Shown here piece by piece: positions 39,149 to 50,400 of a DNA stretch of 64,000 bases. Positions within the stretch are counted from its first letter, which is position 1. Each line of letters begins with the position of its first letter. A program made the translations under genes and the position numbers. Source of the DNA: Sedimentisphaerales bacterium (lineage in GTDB: Bacteria > Planctomycetota > Phycisphaerae > Sedimentisphaerales > SM23-30); contig CAXXFK010000029.1 of assembly GCA_963663965.2 (NCBI GenBank), positions 224,001-288,000 of the forward strand. The letters run 5' to 3'. The notes beneath the pieces are model-generated. The model worked only from the letters and a program-made list of their open reading frames with translations. It was not told the DNA's origin and did no database searches.

Positions 39149-40411
39149 TTGAATTCACGCGAAAGATTAAATGCTGTATTAAACCGAGAAGAAACGGATC
39201 GTCTTTGTTATGATTTTGGCGCCGGCGGGCAGACGGGGATGGGGGTTTGCGCGGTCCATCGTTTACGCCAGGCCATTTTGGGTGATCTGGATTTTTGTGT
39301 GAAAGTGATAGAACCCTATCAGATGTTAGGTGAAATTGATAGACCGTTACGGGAAGCGCTCGGAGTTGATGTCGTTGGTGTTCATCCGCGTACCAATATG
39401 TTTGGTTATTCTAACGATGGTGAAAAGCGCTTTACCATGTGCGATGGGACTGTGGTCAGGGTGCCAGTGAATTTTAACTATTCCCGGGCGAAAAATGGTG
39501 ATATTCTGATGCATCCCCAGGGTGATATTACTGTGCCGCCCTCGGCCCGGATGACGGTGGATGGCTATTTTTTTGATTCGATTTGCCGGCAGGGGCCAAT
39601 CGACGAGGATGCGTTGAATTTTGAAGATAATTGTGAAGAATTTGGCATGTTATCGGATGAGGATGTGGCTTGGTTTAAAACTCAGGTTGATGATTACTGG
39701 GAAAATACCGATAGTGGGATTTATCTGACGTTTCCCGGACTGGCGTTAGGCGATATCGCTTTAGTGCCCGGGCCGTGGATGAAACATCCCAGGGGCATAC
39801 GCGACGTAGAAGAATGGTATATGTCGACGGTATTACGACGTGATTATGTCTATAAGGTTTTTGAAAGGCAATGTGAAATTGGTTTAAAGAATATCGAGAA
39901 GATGGCGGCCGCCCTGGGGGATCGGGTTCAGGTGGTTTTTGTCAGTGGCACAGATTTTGGAACACAGCGAGGACCATTTATGTCCCCGCAGGCGTATAGA
40001 GATTTATATAAGCCATTCCAGAAAATGATCAATAATAAAATTCATGCTTTGACCAATTGGAAGATTTTTATTCATTCCTGTGGTGGGATTTATCCGTTAC
40101 TGGACGATTTAGCAGAGGCTGGATTCGATATCTTGAATCCGGTCCAGTGTTCTGCCTGCGATATGGAACCGCAACGGCTAAAGGATGAATATGGGGATCG
40201 TTTTATCTTCTGGGGGGGAGGAGTCGATACCCAGAAGACATTACCATTTGGTACCCCACAAGAAGTATATCAGGAAGTCCGTGAGCGTATCAGGATTTTT
40301 AATCAAAATGGCGGCTATGTCTTCAATAGCATCCATAATATCCAAAGTAATGTGCCGACGGAGAACCTGCTGGCAATGTTCCAGGCTGTTCAGGATCATA
40401 TTAAGGGGTAA
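39149..40411 (+). CDS. Uroporphyrinogen decarboxylase / MtaA-CmuA family methyltransferase-like protein
   Basis: MNSRER start, GTDFGTQ, FIHSCG, ILNPVQ, FWGGGVDTQ, HNIQ.NVP.EN. Confidence 0.85.
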   Translation: MNSRERLNAVLNREETDRLCYDFGAGGQTGMGVCAVHRLRQAILGDLDFCVKVIEPYQMLGEIDRPLREALGVDVVGVHPRTNMFGYSNDGEKRFTMCDGTVVRVPVNFNYSRAKNGDILMHPQGDITVPPSARMTVDGYFFDSICRQGPIDEDALNFEDNCEEFGMLSDEDVAWFKTQVDDYWENTDSGIYLTFPGLALGDIALVPGPWMKHPRGIRDVEEWYMSTVLRRDYVYKVFERQCEIGLKNIEKMAAALGDRVQVVFVSGTDFGTQRGPFMSPQAYRDLYKPFQKMINNKIHALTNWKIFIHSCGGIYPLLDDLAEAGFDILNPVQCSACDMEPQRLKDEYGDRFIFWGGGVDTQKTLPFGTPQEVYQEVRERIRIFNQNGGYVFNSIHNIQSNVPTENLLAMFQAVQDHIKG

Positions 40412-40471
40412 GATGAAATTTGATTTTCAATTCCGCTTGACGCTTCAAAAAGATACTAAGGAGTTATATTC

Positions 40472-42094
40472 GTGAAGCCACAAAACTATAATCTAAGGTT
40501 TGTATTTGCCATTAGTCTGGTATCTGCCATGGGAGGATTTTTATTTGGGTACGATTGGGTGGTGGTAGGCGGCGCCAAGGTATTCTACGAACCCTATTTT
40601 CAGATTACTGACATGACTCCATTTATGCGTGGATGGGCACAAAGCAGCGCCTTATTTGGCTGTATGATTGGCGCGATAATTGCCGGCGCGTTGACAGATC
40701 GTTTCGGCCGTAAAAAATTATTGCTGATATCAGGGATATTGTTCACCGTTTCGGCGATAGGGACGGGTCTGGCCTGGGATTTCTTTTTTTATAATGTATT
40801 TCGTATTATTGGTGGTTTCGGTATTGGCCTGGCATCGATTCTATCCCCGATGTATATCGCGGAAATTTCACCAGCAGAAATTCGGGGCCGGTTTGTAACG
40901 ATGAACCAGATGACAATCGTTTTCGGAATTCTGGCGGCTCAGTTGATTAATATGCAAATTGCTAAAATAGATGGGGAAGTCCCTGCTCCGGATCAGATTC
41001 GTCTACAGATCTTGACCGTTGAAGATCGTGAAAGCCTGTTGGGGCAAAATCCGGATCTTTTAGCCCAATACGAATCGGGCAATGGGCTGGTTAAAGAAGC
41101 CGGTTTGGATGCTTTATTAGAGGCGTTTGATTACAGTTACTTAAAATATTATAAACCCGCCACACTGGAAGAAAAAGAGAGGAAAAGCCGGGAGGATAAT
41201 CTGATTATGAGCGCCTATTTAAAGCCGACCTGGAATGGCCGTTGGGGTTGGCGCTGGATGTTCGGGGCAGAAACGGCGCCGGCTTTACTGTTTTTTCTGT
41301 TAATGTTATTTGTGCCGGAAAGCCCGCGTTGGCTGGTGAAATACGGGCGCAACGTAGAAGCCGCCCGTATCTTATGCAAAGTCGGCGGGGATAGTTACGC
41401 CAGTCAGGAAGTGGCGGATATCCAGACTACTCTGGCCGGTGAAGAGATCGCCCGGGTCAATTTCAGGGATTTACTGGATCCAAAAATTAAAAGAATTATC
41501 GCCTTGGGGGTTTTTCTGGCGATATTTCAGCAGTGGTGTGGTATCAACGTGATATTTAATTATGCGCAGGAAGTATTCTCATCCGCCGGTTACGGTGTCA
41601 GCGATATCATGTTCAATATCGTCGTGACAGGAGTCGTTAATGTGCTATTTACTTTTGTGGCGATTTTCACGGTGGATAAAATAGGCCGGAAACCGCTATT
41701 GTTGATTGGGGGGATTGGCCTGGCGATTATTTATCTTTTATTGGGCGGAGGATATTATTTTAAAAGCCAGGGTTTCCACATGTTGCTATTGGTCGTGTCT
41801 GCCATCGCCTGCTATAGCATGACCCTGGCTCCCATTGTCTGGGTGGTGATTTCAGAAATTTTTCCCAACAGGATCCGGGGAGCGGCCATGTCCATAGCTG
41901 TTCTGGCATTATGGATAGGATGTGCGGCTTTAACGTTATTGTTTCCGTATATTAAGGGATCTGTCGGCGCACACGGCGCCTTTTGGTTATATGGATTAAT
42001 CTGTTTTATAGGATTTATCGTTGTTTGGAGAGCTTTGCCTGAGACGAAAGGGAAATCACTTGAACAGATTGAAAGAGAATTGGCAGGTTATTAG
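40472..42094 (+). CDS. MFS sugar porter (AraE/XylE-like)
   Basis: GGFLFGYD, DRFGRK, PMYIAEISP..RG, PESPRWL, QQWCGIN, PETKGKSLE. Confidence 0.93.
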   Translation: MKPQNYNLRFVFAISLVSAMGGFLFGYDWVVVGGAKVFYEPYFQITDMTPFMRGWAQSSALFGCMIGAIIAGALTDRFGRKKLLLISGILFTVSAIGTGLAWDFFFYNVFRIIGGFGIGLASILSPMYIAEISPAEIRGRFVTMNQMTIVFGILAAQLINMQIAKIDGEVPAPDQIRLQILTVEDRESLLGQNPDLLAQYESGNGLVKEAGLDALLEAFDYSYLKYYKPATLEEKERKSREDNLIMSAYLKPTWNGRWGWRWMFGAETAPALLFFLLMLFVPESPRWLVKYGRNVEAARILCKVGGDSYASQEVADIQTTLAGEEIARVNFRDLLDPKIKRIIALGVFLAIFQQWCGINVIFNYAQEVFSSAGYGVSDIMFNIVVTGVVNVLFTFVAIFTVDKIGRKPLLLIGGIGLAIIYLLLGGGYYFKSQGFHMLLLVVSAIACYSMTLAPIVWVVISEIFPNRIRGAAMSIAVLALWIGCAALTLLFPYIKGSVGAHGAFWLYGLICFIGFIVVWRALPETKGKSLEQIERELAGY

Positions 42095-42345
42095 ACGCTA
42101 CTTGAACGTCTGAATAAATTAAAATCCTGCATTGAAAAAAGAGGGCTACTCTCTAAAAATTAATAAGATGTAGATTGATAGGATGAACAAATTCAGTTCG
42201 TAATGTCAAAATTGGATTCATATGCATCATTTTATGGGACGAAGAGGTGTTAAGAATAGCCTGTTTAAAGTTAATATTTTAGGGTTATCCTGATTATGTT
42301 GATTTTTCTCATCAATGGTCGTTAATTTTACGAAACTTCATATAT

Positions 42346-44427
42346 ATGAATAAGTTAGCATCTTTGTATTTGAAAAAAATATTAAGATGTTTCTGCTTTA
42401 TACAATTATTTGAAGGCATACCTTTTTTGCAGATTCAATGTCATTTAGAGCTTAACCCGGTTAATAAGCGGTGTCAATCCATACATAGAATTGATGCACC
42501 TGTTTTGATGGTTATCCTATTGCTATCATTATCTCTTGGCCTGTTCGGATGCCGTTCTAATAATTGTTTTTTATCAAAGGGAAAAAGTGTATGCCGTTTA
42601 GAATCAACAGCAAACGAAACAAATGAGGAGGTTTGTTTTTGGGTAAAGACTATTGAACTGGAGTATTCCTCGACGTCGCCTGATGGTGTTCCTTCAATCG
42701 AAGAATTAAAAAAAAGTCGGATTAATCCATTTAATGGCATCAATACCCTCAAGAATGGAACTGCAAAAGTTATAACGCTCCCTCTGAGTTTGTCAGAAAT
42801 TGGTTTAAATGGTCCTGTATGCCTGGATATCACGATGATCAAACATATTCAGGATGCATTAGTGGAAGCGCTCAATCAAAAAGGATTTGGCGCAATTGCT
42901 GTGATGCCTGCTACCGGGCAGATTGATCCGGTCTTGAAACAGGATTTACGAGGTAGTACGCCAGATTCCCCGCAACCATTGAAATTGACGATATGGGTAG
43001 GCGCACTAAGGACAGTGAATGCGCAGGTAGAAAATGAATCTCAAAACAAAAAAACAGATCGACTGGCAAAGCGTATTTTAGAATTTTCTCCTGTACGGGG
43101 TATGGATCCGAATCAATCGGGTTATCGGGTCGATGCCTTAAAAATTGATGAGATCAGTGATTATCTTTATCGTTTGAACCGGCACCCAGGCCGAAAAGTT
43201 TCAGCATCTGTCAATCCGACCGATACCCCGGGAATGATTGATCTGGAATATCAGGTTACCCAGAATAAGCCCTGGTTATTATATGGACAGACATCGAATA
43301 CGGGGACCGAACATTCGGGATTGTGGCGTAACCGAATGGGATTTATCCATAATCAATTGACCGGGCATGATGATATCCTGAGTCTGGATTATCTGACCAG
43401 TGATTTCAGTGATTTGCATTCATTTTCAATAAACTATGATAGCTTATTACCCGGGACTCTGGATACCCGTTATCAGTTAAATGCAGCCCGTAGCACTTAT
43501 CAGGCCAGTGATCTGGGCGAACGAACAGATTTTGAAGGGACTGATACTCAAATCCGGGGACAATTAAGCTGGACATTCTGGCAACAGGATTCAATATTTC
43601 TGGATAGTTATATTGGATTGGAATGGGCGCGTCATGAAGTCAATAATCGACTGGTAAACGTATCCGGTCTTGAAAGTATCTGGACCGGGCAAACGGGAAT
43701 ATTGTTGGAAAAAGAACAAGGGACAACGAGAACTTACGCAACAGTAGAATTGAGTTGGAGCATGCCGGAATGGTCCGGCGCAGGGCAAACCGGATTGACG
43801 AAATTAGGTCGTATCCGTCCTGATGAACAATGGCTGGCAGGTCATTATTCGGTTCGCCATAGTCTTTATCTGGACTCACTCTTTGATCCAAATACTCATA
43901 ATAATGAAATATCTGGTATCCAAAATAGACAGCGTCATGAACTGTTATTCAATATCAGAGGCCAACTGACCCGGGACCGCCTGATACCCCAGGAAAGAAT
44001 GGCATTAGGCGGTCTGTATTCAGTAAGAGGTTATCCGCAAAGTATGATTAGTGGCGACTCTGTCGTTATCGTCGGGAGCGAATATCGTTATCATCTGGGT
44101 TATGATAAACGAAATTCTTTGACAAGAACGAATGCAAGTCGGCATATGCAATACGACAGAGATTGGTGGCAGTCATTAATGGTGGATAATTGGGATTGTG
44201 CCTTGAAACTGTTTTGTGATGCGGGGAAGAGTTGGAATTCAAGCAAAACCAGCTATGAGAATAATGAGAGTCTGATTGGTGCGGGAGTAGGAATGGATCT
44301 ATGGTTCAACCGACAGATGAATATAAGATGTGATATTGGATGTCCGTTAACAGGGGTGAGAGGGTATAAAGAGCGGGTAGATCCGGGTGATCTGGCAGTT
44401 CATTTTGTGGGAACGATTACGTTTTAG
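42346..44427 (+). CDS. TpsB/ShlB/FhaC/HecB outer-membrane transporter
   Basis: POTRA-like region, SNTG, LTGHDDIL, LGGLYSVRGY (VRGY loop), F.DAG, C-terminal aromatic residue; true start probably further downstream (e.g. 42508). Confidence 0.9.
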   Translation: MNKLASLYLKKILRCFCFIQLFEGIPFLQIQCHLELNPVNKRCQSIHRIDAPVLMVILLLSLSLGLFGCRSNNCFLSKGKSVCRLESTANETNEEVCFWVKTIELEYSSTSPDGVPSIEELKKSRINPFNGINTLKNGTAKVITLPLSLSEIGLNGPVCLDITMIKHIQDALVEALNQKGFGAIAVMPATGQIDPVLKQDLRGSTPDSPQPLKLTIWVGALRTVNAQVENESQNKKTDRLAKRILEFSPVRGMDPNQSGYRVDALKIDEISDYLYRLNRHPGRKVSASVNPTDTPGMIDLEYQVTQNKPWLLYGQTSNTGTEHSGLWRNRMGFIHNQLTGHDDILSLDYLTSDFSDLHSFSINYDSLLPGTLDTRYQLNAARSTYQASDLGERTDFEGTDTQIRGQLSWTFWQQDSIFLDSYIGLEWARHEVNNRLVNVSGLESIWTGQTGILLEKEQGTTRTYATVELSWSMPEWSGAGQTGLTKLGRIRPDEQWLAGHYSVRHSLYLDSLFDPNTHNNEISGIQNRQRHELLFNIRGQLTRDRLIPQERMALGGLYSVRGYPQSMISGDSVVIVGSEYRYHLGYDKRNSLTRTNASRHMQYDRDWWQSLMVDNWDCALKLFCDAGKSWNSSKTSYENNESLIGAGVGMDLWFNRQMNIRCDIGCPLTGVRGYKERVDPGDLAVHFVGTITF

Positions 44428-44441
44428 CAGGATGGCATATT

Positions 44442-47400
44442 ATGACTAGACATTTGAGTGTTATAATGATTTTGATGGTCTCTTTGCTGACGACAGGAAA
44501 GGGTTGGCTGTACGCTAATCCAGTTAAAGATAAAGTCATTAAAGGGAAGGTATCCATCCGCGAGATGGAAAACGAAATGTTGATTTATGCTTCCGATAAA
44601 AGCATCATTCAATATAAGAGCTTTAATATCGATGCCGATGAGACTGTTCGTTTTGTGCAACCGTTTGAAAACGCACGCGTACTCAATCGAATCCAAAGCG
44701 AAGATCCAAGTGTTATTGCCGGCCGGTTGTTATCCAATGGTAACGTTTATATTGTCAATCCGGCCGGAGTTTATTTCAACAATGGTTCCGTTGTTGATGC
44801 GGCAGGGCTTTATGTGGCGGCAGGAGCCATCAGTAATCGAGATTTCATCAACGGGCAGGATCAGTTTACTGAACTTACCGGATCGGTTATTAACGACGGA
44901 AACATTTATGCCGAGACAGTTGCTTTAGTTGGAAATTACATAGAAAACAATGGTTTGATTCGAGCCAATGAGGGTGTGATTGTACTGGCGGCAGGCGATA
45001 ATGTCTATCTTACCCGTCGCAATAGTAATATCATGGTTCAGATCAGCGGAATACTGGAATCCAGAGGTGATTCAGCCGCCCTTGTTAATCGAGGCGAACT
45101 TAATGCCACTAGTGGTCAGGTGTCATTGATATCCGGCGATATGTATGCATTGGCATTGGGGATTCATCAGCAGGGTAAAATCGTGGCTGATCAGGTTACT
45201 GTAGCCGCCGGAGATAAAGGAGTGGTAAAAGTATCAGGACATATTGATGTGGCCAATGAAGAGACCGCAGGAAATATTGAAATAACTGGCGAACGGATTG
45301 CCTTATTCGGCGCCAGTTTAAATGTCAGTGGTGCTATTGGGGGATCAATCAAAATTGGAGGCGATTACCAGGGGCGGGGAGATACAAGGAGATCAGAGGT
45401 GACTCTGGTCGATAATGATACCTCTATACGAGCAGATGGTGGCGGTCAGGTAATCTTGTGGTCTGACAAATTCACTCAATTCGAAGGAAACATCTTTGCC
45501 CGGGGTAATCCTGAAGGAGGAGATGGGGGCTTTGTTGAAATATCTGGATTGGAAAATATGCTTTTCAAAGGATCGGTTGATACGACGGCCGACGCAGGTC
45601 AGGCTGGTTTATTACTCCTGGATCCGTTGAATATAACGATCTCTGATACCGTCAATACGGGTGATGGCTGGTTGACGGATGATAATCAGATTTTGATAAC
45701 TGAGAATTTTGCCAATAGTATTACAATTTGGGAAGATACTCTCCAAGGGATTGTTGGCACGACCAATATCTTATTGGAGGCAAGACAGCACATCACACTG
45801 GAAGATCTGACCGATGATACCTTATCTTTAGCAGCCCAGGGTGGATTTACTGTCACTTTCCATTGTGATCAGAATATGTCAGGCGATAGTGATGGTGATT
45901 TTACCATGAATAGCGGTGATACAATCACAACGAATGGGGGTAATTTAACGATCATAGGTGACGATGTATCCATTGGAACAATTTTAAGTTCAGGTGGCAA
46001 TATTACCGTTCAAGCTGATGAATTAACTTTGAATACGGCGATTAATGCGGGTGCAGGCAGCGTTTTAATTGCCCCGCGTCGTTCCATGCATATGGATATT
46101 GGCGCCGGGACTACCGGCCTGGATATCAGCGATACCGAATTGAGCCGCATAACTACCTCAGGCACTTTAACGCTGGGCGATATCACGAATACGAGTTCCA
46201 TGGATGTGGAAAGCGTTACGGATCATGCTGGCATATCGGGAACAATGCAATTTATCAGTGGTGGCGATATTGAATTCGTCAATGGAGGAGATAGTACGAT
46301 TTCAACTCCTCTGGCGCAGTTTTTCGCGACTAATGGGATTACGAATGCAGCTTCACTTCAATTTGGAAAAAATGTCACATTCAATGCCGACTACGATGAT
46401 GATGGTGGAGGTGATTTTACCAATCAGACGGGGGCGGATACCGTAGATACTTCCGGAGCCAATGCTTCAATTACCATAACAGCCGCGGATATTGCATTGG
46501 CGGGCTCTCTGAATAGTGGAGCCGGAAATGTAACAATTTATCCATCTAATAATCGTAGCATGGGTATCAATACGGGTAATATGAGTTTGACCGATACTGA
46601 ACTGGATAATATTATTTCAACTGGCACAGTAACGCTCGATACTTCTTCAACGTTTGTTATAGCACAAAGTGCGACATTTACGGGTAATTTATCGATAATT
46701 GCCGGTGACAATGTGTCACAATCACAACCTGTTGATATTACGGGTAATTTATCGGTGACCACGGATGTAAATAATAAGTCCATTACATTGGCCAATGCCG
46801 CCAATGCCGTATCGGGCAGTGTAAACCTGACTACTCAGGGGGGAAGCGGGGAATGTTTCCTGGCAGGAAAATGAATCAATTAATATCGGCGGCGGTACAG
46901 TACAGGGGACATTAACATTAAATCCAACAGGAAATGATATTACTGACAGTGGCGCGTTGTCTGTATCGGGAGATTTGACGTTTGCCAATGTAAACGATGT
47001 TACTTTAGACCAATTGACCGGCGCCATAGATCTGGGGGCCTCAACAGTTACCAACGATTTGACATTAGCCACTACCGGAGCCATTAATCAAAGCGGCATT
47101 CTTACGGTTGGGGGTAATGCCAGTTTCACGGCCAGTGGCGCCGGAAATGATATTACTTTGAATTCGTTTGCCAACGACATAGCCGGTACCATCAATTTCA
47201 TTACGGGTGGAACGACAACCTCTGATCTGTTCTTTGATAACGGGGTAACAGATATTGTCCTGGGAGCTTCAACTGTTAAAGGAGGCATGACACTTACCAC
47301 GACCGGACATCTTACCGTAGATGGTGCGGTGACCACGGCCAATACCACGCAAATTACCGCCGATGACCTGACGTTTAATTCGACTTTGAATGCCGGGTAC

Positions 47401-50400
47401 CGCCAATATCACCATCATACCCTCTGACAATGCCGATATTGATGTGGGAACTGCCCTGGCGGGTGGGATGCAGATCGTTGATGCAGAACTCGATAATATT
47501 TCAACCAGTGGTATCGTTCGTTTCGATACCAATGGTGCTATTCAGGTTGATAATGTCAGTTCGGCCATATCCGGCCAGTTGTTTTTTGATGCGGGCACAT
47601 CAGTCGATTTTCTGAATAACGCCTCTACATTCAGCGGAGGATTGAGAGTTCAGGCGGGCGATGTTGAATTTGGCGTGGCGGTCAATGCCGGTGGTAGCGC
47701 ACAAATCAATGCAATCAGCAACTCAGATTTGTATTTACGCGCGGCGCCTGGCGCTGGGATGCACATCAGCGGTCTGGAACTGGAGCGACTAACGGCAACC
47801 AGTTTACTGGCTACAACCAGTGGAACAGGCAATATTTATGTTACGGGTATCAGTGCGGCCAATAGTAATAATATTTCCGGCACCACGACATTGCGGGCGC
47901 AAAATTCCGGATCCGTGAATTTTCAGACCACCGATTCCACATTCAATGCGCTAACCGCACAGGGAGCATCCGGTGTTTTAGTCGATGGTATCACCTTGAC
48001 GACGGATACCGGTGCGTTGAACCTGAACGGTGATTATGATAACGCAGTTGACGCAGGCGATGGTGTTCTATTAAATAACGGTGTCACCCTGAATTCGCAA
48101 GGCTTATTAACCCTGGCATCAACCAATTCCAATGATGCCATTAGTGCCAATAACACGCTTGCCCTGAACGCAGTTGATATCACGATCAATAAGACACTGA
48201 ATGCAGCAGGACAAACCATCTCTATCTCGACAATCGATGGGGGATCGATAGGGGTGGGTGATACTGCCGGTAATATGACCCTGTCTCCTACAGAATTAAG
48301 CCGACATTCAATCAGCCCACTTAAATATTACAACAACGGGTTCTGGTATCGTTGTCGATAATATAACTGCTGCCAATAGCAATAACATATCTGGCACCCT
48401 TACTTTGGAGGCCAGCGGCGATGACCAGAATGTTACTTTTCAAGGAAGCGATTCAACGTTCAATGCCGTTACAGTGAATGCTGATGATGGTATTTTTATT
48501 AATAATGTTCTGTTGGCGACTGATACGGGTGCCATGACCTTGAATTCAAATATGGATGCTGCCGCCGATACTGACGATCAAATCAATTTTATTGGAGCAG
48601 GGGCCGGAATATCAACAGTTGCCGATCTGACGATATCCACGATTGATGTATCCAATAGCCTGACATTATATTCCAATGGATCCATTACCATCACAGATGA
48701 TTTAAATGTACCTGGTGATTTTAATGCGGTAGCAGACTATGATAAAAATGGAACGGGTGATTTTATTACCAATGCGAATGTTGATATCGATACCAGCGGA
48801 GCCAATGGAGATATCAATATCGCGGCGGATGATGTGATCTTGAATGGAACCTCATTGAATGCCGGTGGCGGCAGTATTACCCTGGTGCCACAGACAACCA
48901 CCAATCTGGGTTTAGGCAACGGTGTGGTCGCGGATTTCCATATTTCAGATACTGAACTAGATCTTATGACGGCTGCAGGGCTGACAATCGGTAATGTGGC
49001 GGCAAGCTTTAATAATAGTTCAGCGGAATTTTCCGATTGCGAAATGAACGATGTTACTGTTGGAGCCCTATTGGCCGGCCCTTTGGGGATTGAAATTGCA
49101 GGAATTATGACGATAAATGCCGGCCAGACCCTGTCGACAACGAATCAGGCAATAGTATTAACGGTTGACGATATTGATTTACAGGGAACCGTTAATAGTG
49201 GTGTTGCCGATGTAAGTATTGAAACGGCAGATATTAATGATAGTTTAATATTGGGGGGTACAGGCGGTGATCTAGATATCGATGATACGGAAATCTCCCG
49301 TATCACCTCAGGTGGCTTGAACCTGACTGTTAAGGCTGGTGGTACTATCACAGTACAAAGTGTAGCTGATGCGGCCGCAGAAAATGCCGGCGATATTGTA
49401 TTGGATGCCACTGCTGCGGGAGGATCCATTTTATTTAATGGTGGTAGTTCCCAATTTGATTCTTTAACGGCGACGGCGGATGATAGAATAACCATTGCCG
49501 TTGATTTGACGGTAGACACGGCCAATTTGAGCCTGGATGCGGATGCGGACTCGGCGGTTGATGGAAGTGATAATATTGATTTTACTGCCGGAGGGATTAC
49601 CCTGACATCCACCCTGGGAAGTGTTTCGATGGCTGCATCCAGTGGTAATATTGCAACCGCCGGAGCATTGACAATAAATGCGGCTAATGGAATTACTATT
49701 TCAGATGCGGTGACAGCCTCTGGCGCCGGAGCGTTGACAATCAATGCCGATTCGGATAATAATGGAAGTGGCGCCTTGGCTACCAGTGAAGCGATTACTT
49801 TGGTGGATAGTCTGGTATCCATAACGGCGGCTGATGTAACCATTGGCGCCAATATCGCATCTGGGACCGGAGGGATTTCATTGTTGCCTTCGGATAGCGG
49901 TGGGATGGCCCTGACTCTGGGAGGCGCGGGTGGCTATGCACTGGATAATACGGAACTGGATCGTCTGGTTACGACCGGTACGTTAACTGTGGGAAATAGC
50001 AATACGACCAGTATTGTCACCGGGGGAAATCCGGATAATGTGACCGGGCCAATCATCCTGGCGTCAACCGCAGCCGGGAGTACCATTACCATAGGGGCGG
50101 CATTAACATCTTCCGACAGTTTAACGATGTCGGCGAACAATGGGATAACGATTAATGATGATGTGACCAGTAATGGTGTGATTACGATTGACAGTGATCT
50201 GGATAATGCCGGGGCAGGTACCCTGACGATAGCCAATACCAAAACGTTGGATAGTACGGATAATAGTATTGGAATTACGGCAGCTGATATCAATATGAAC
50301 GCGAGCGGCGCCATTGACGCAGGAGCGGGAGATTTAACCGTCAATCAGTCGCAAGCAGCCGGTACCATTGGGCTGGGCGCTGCCGGGGGAACAACCCTGT

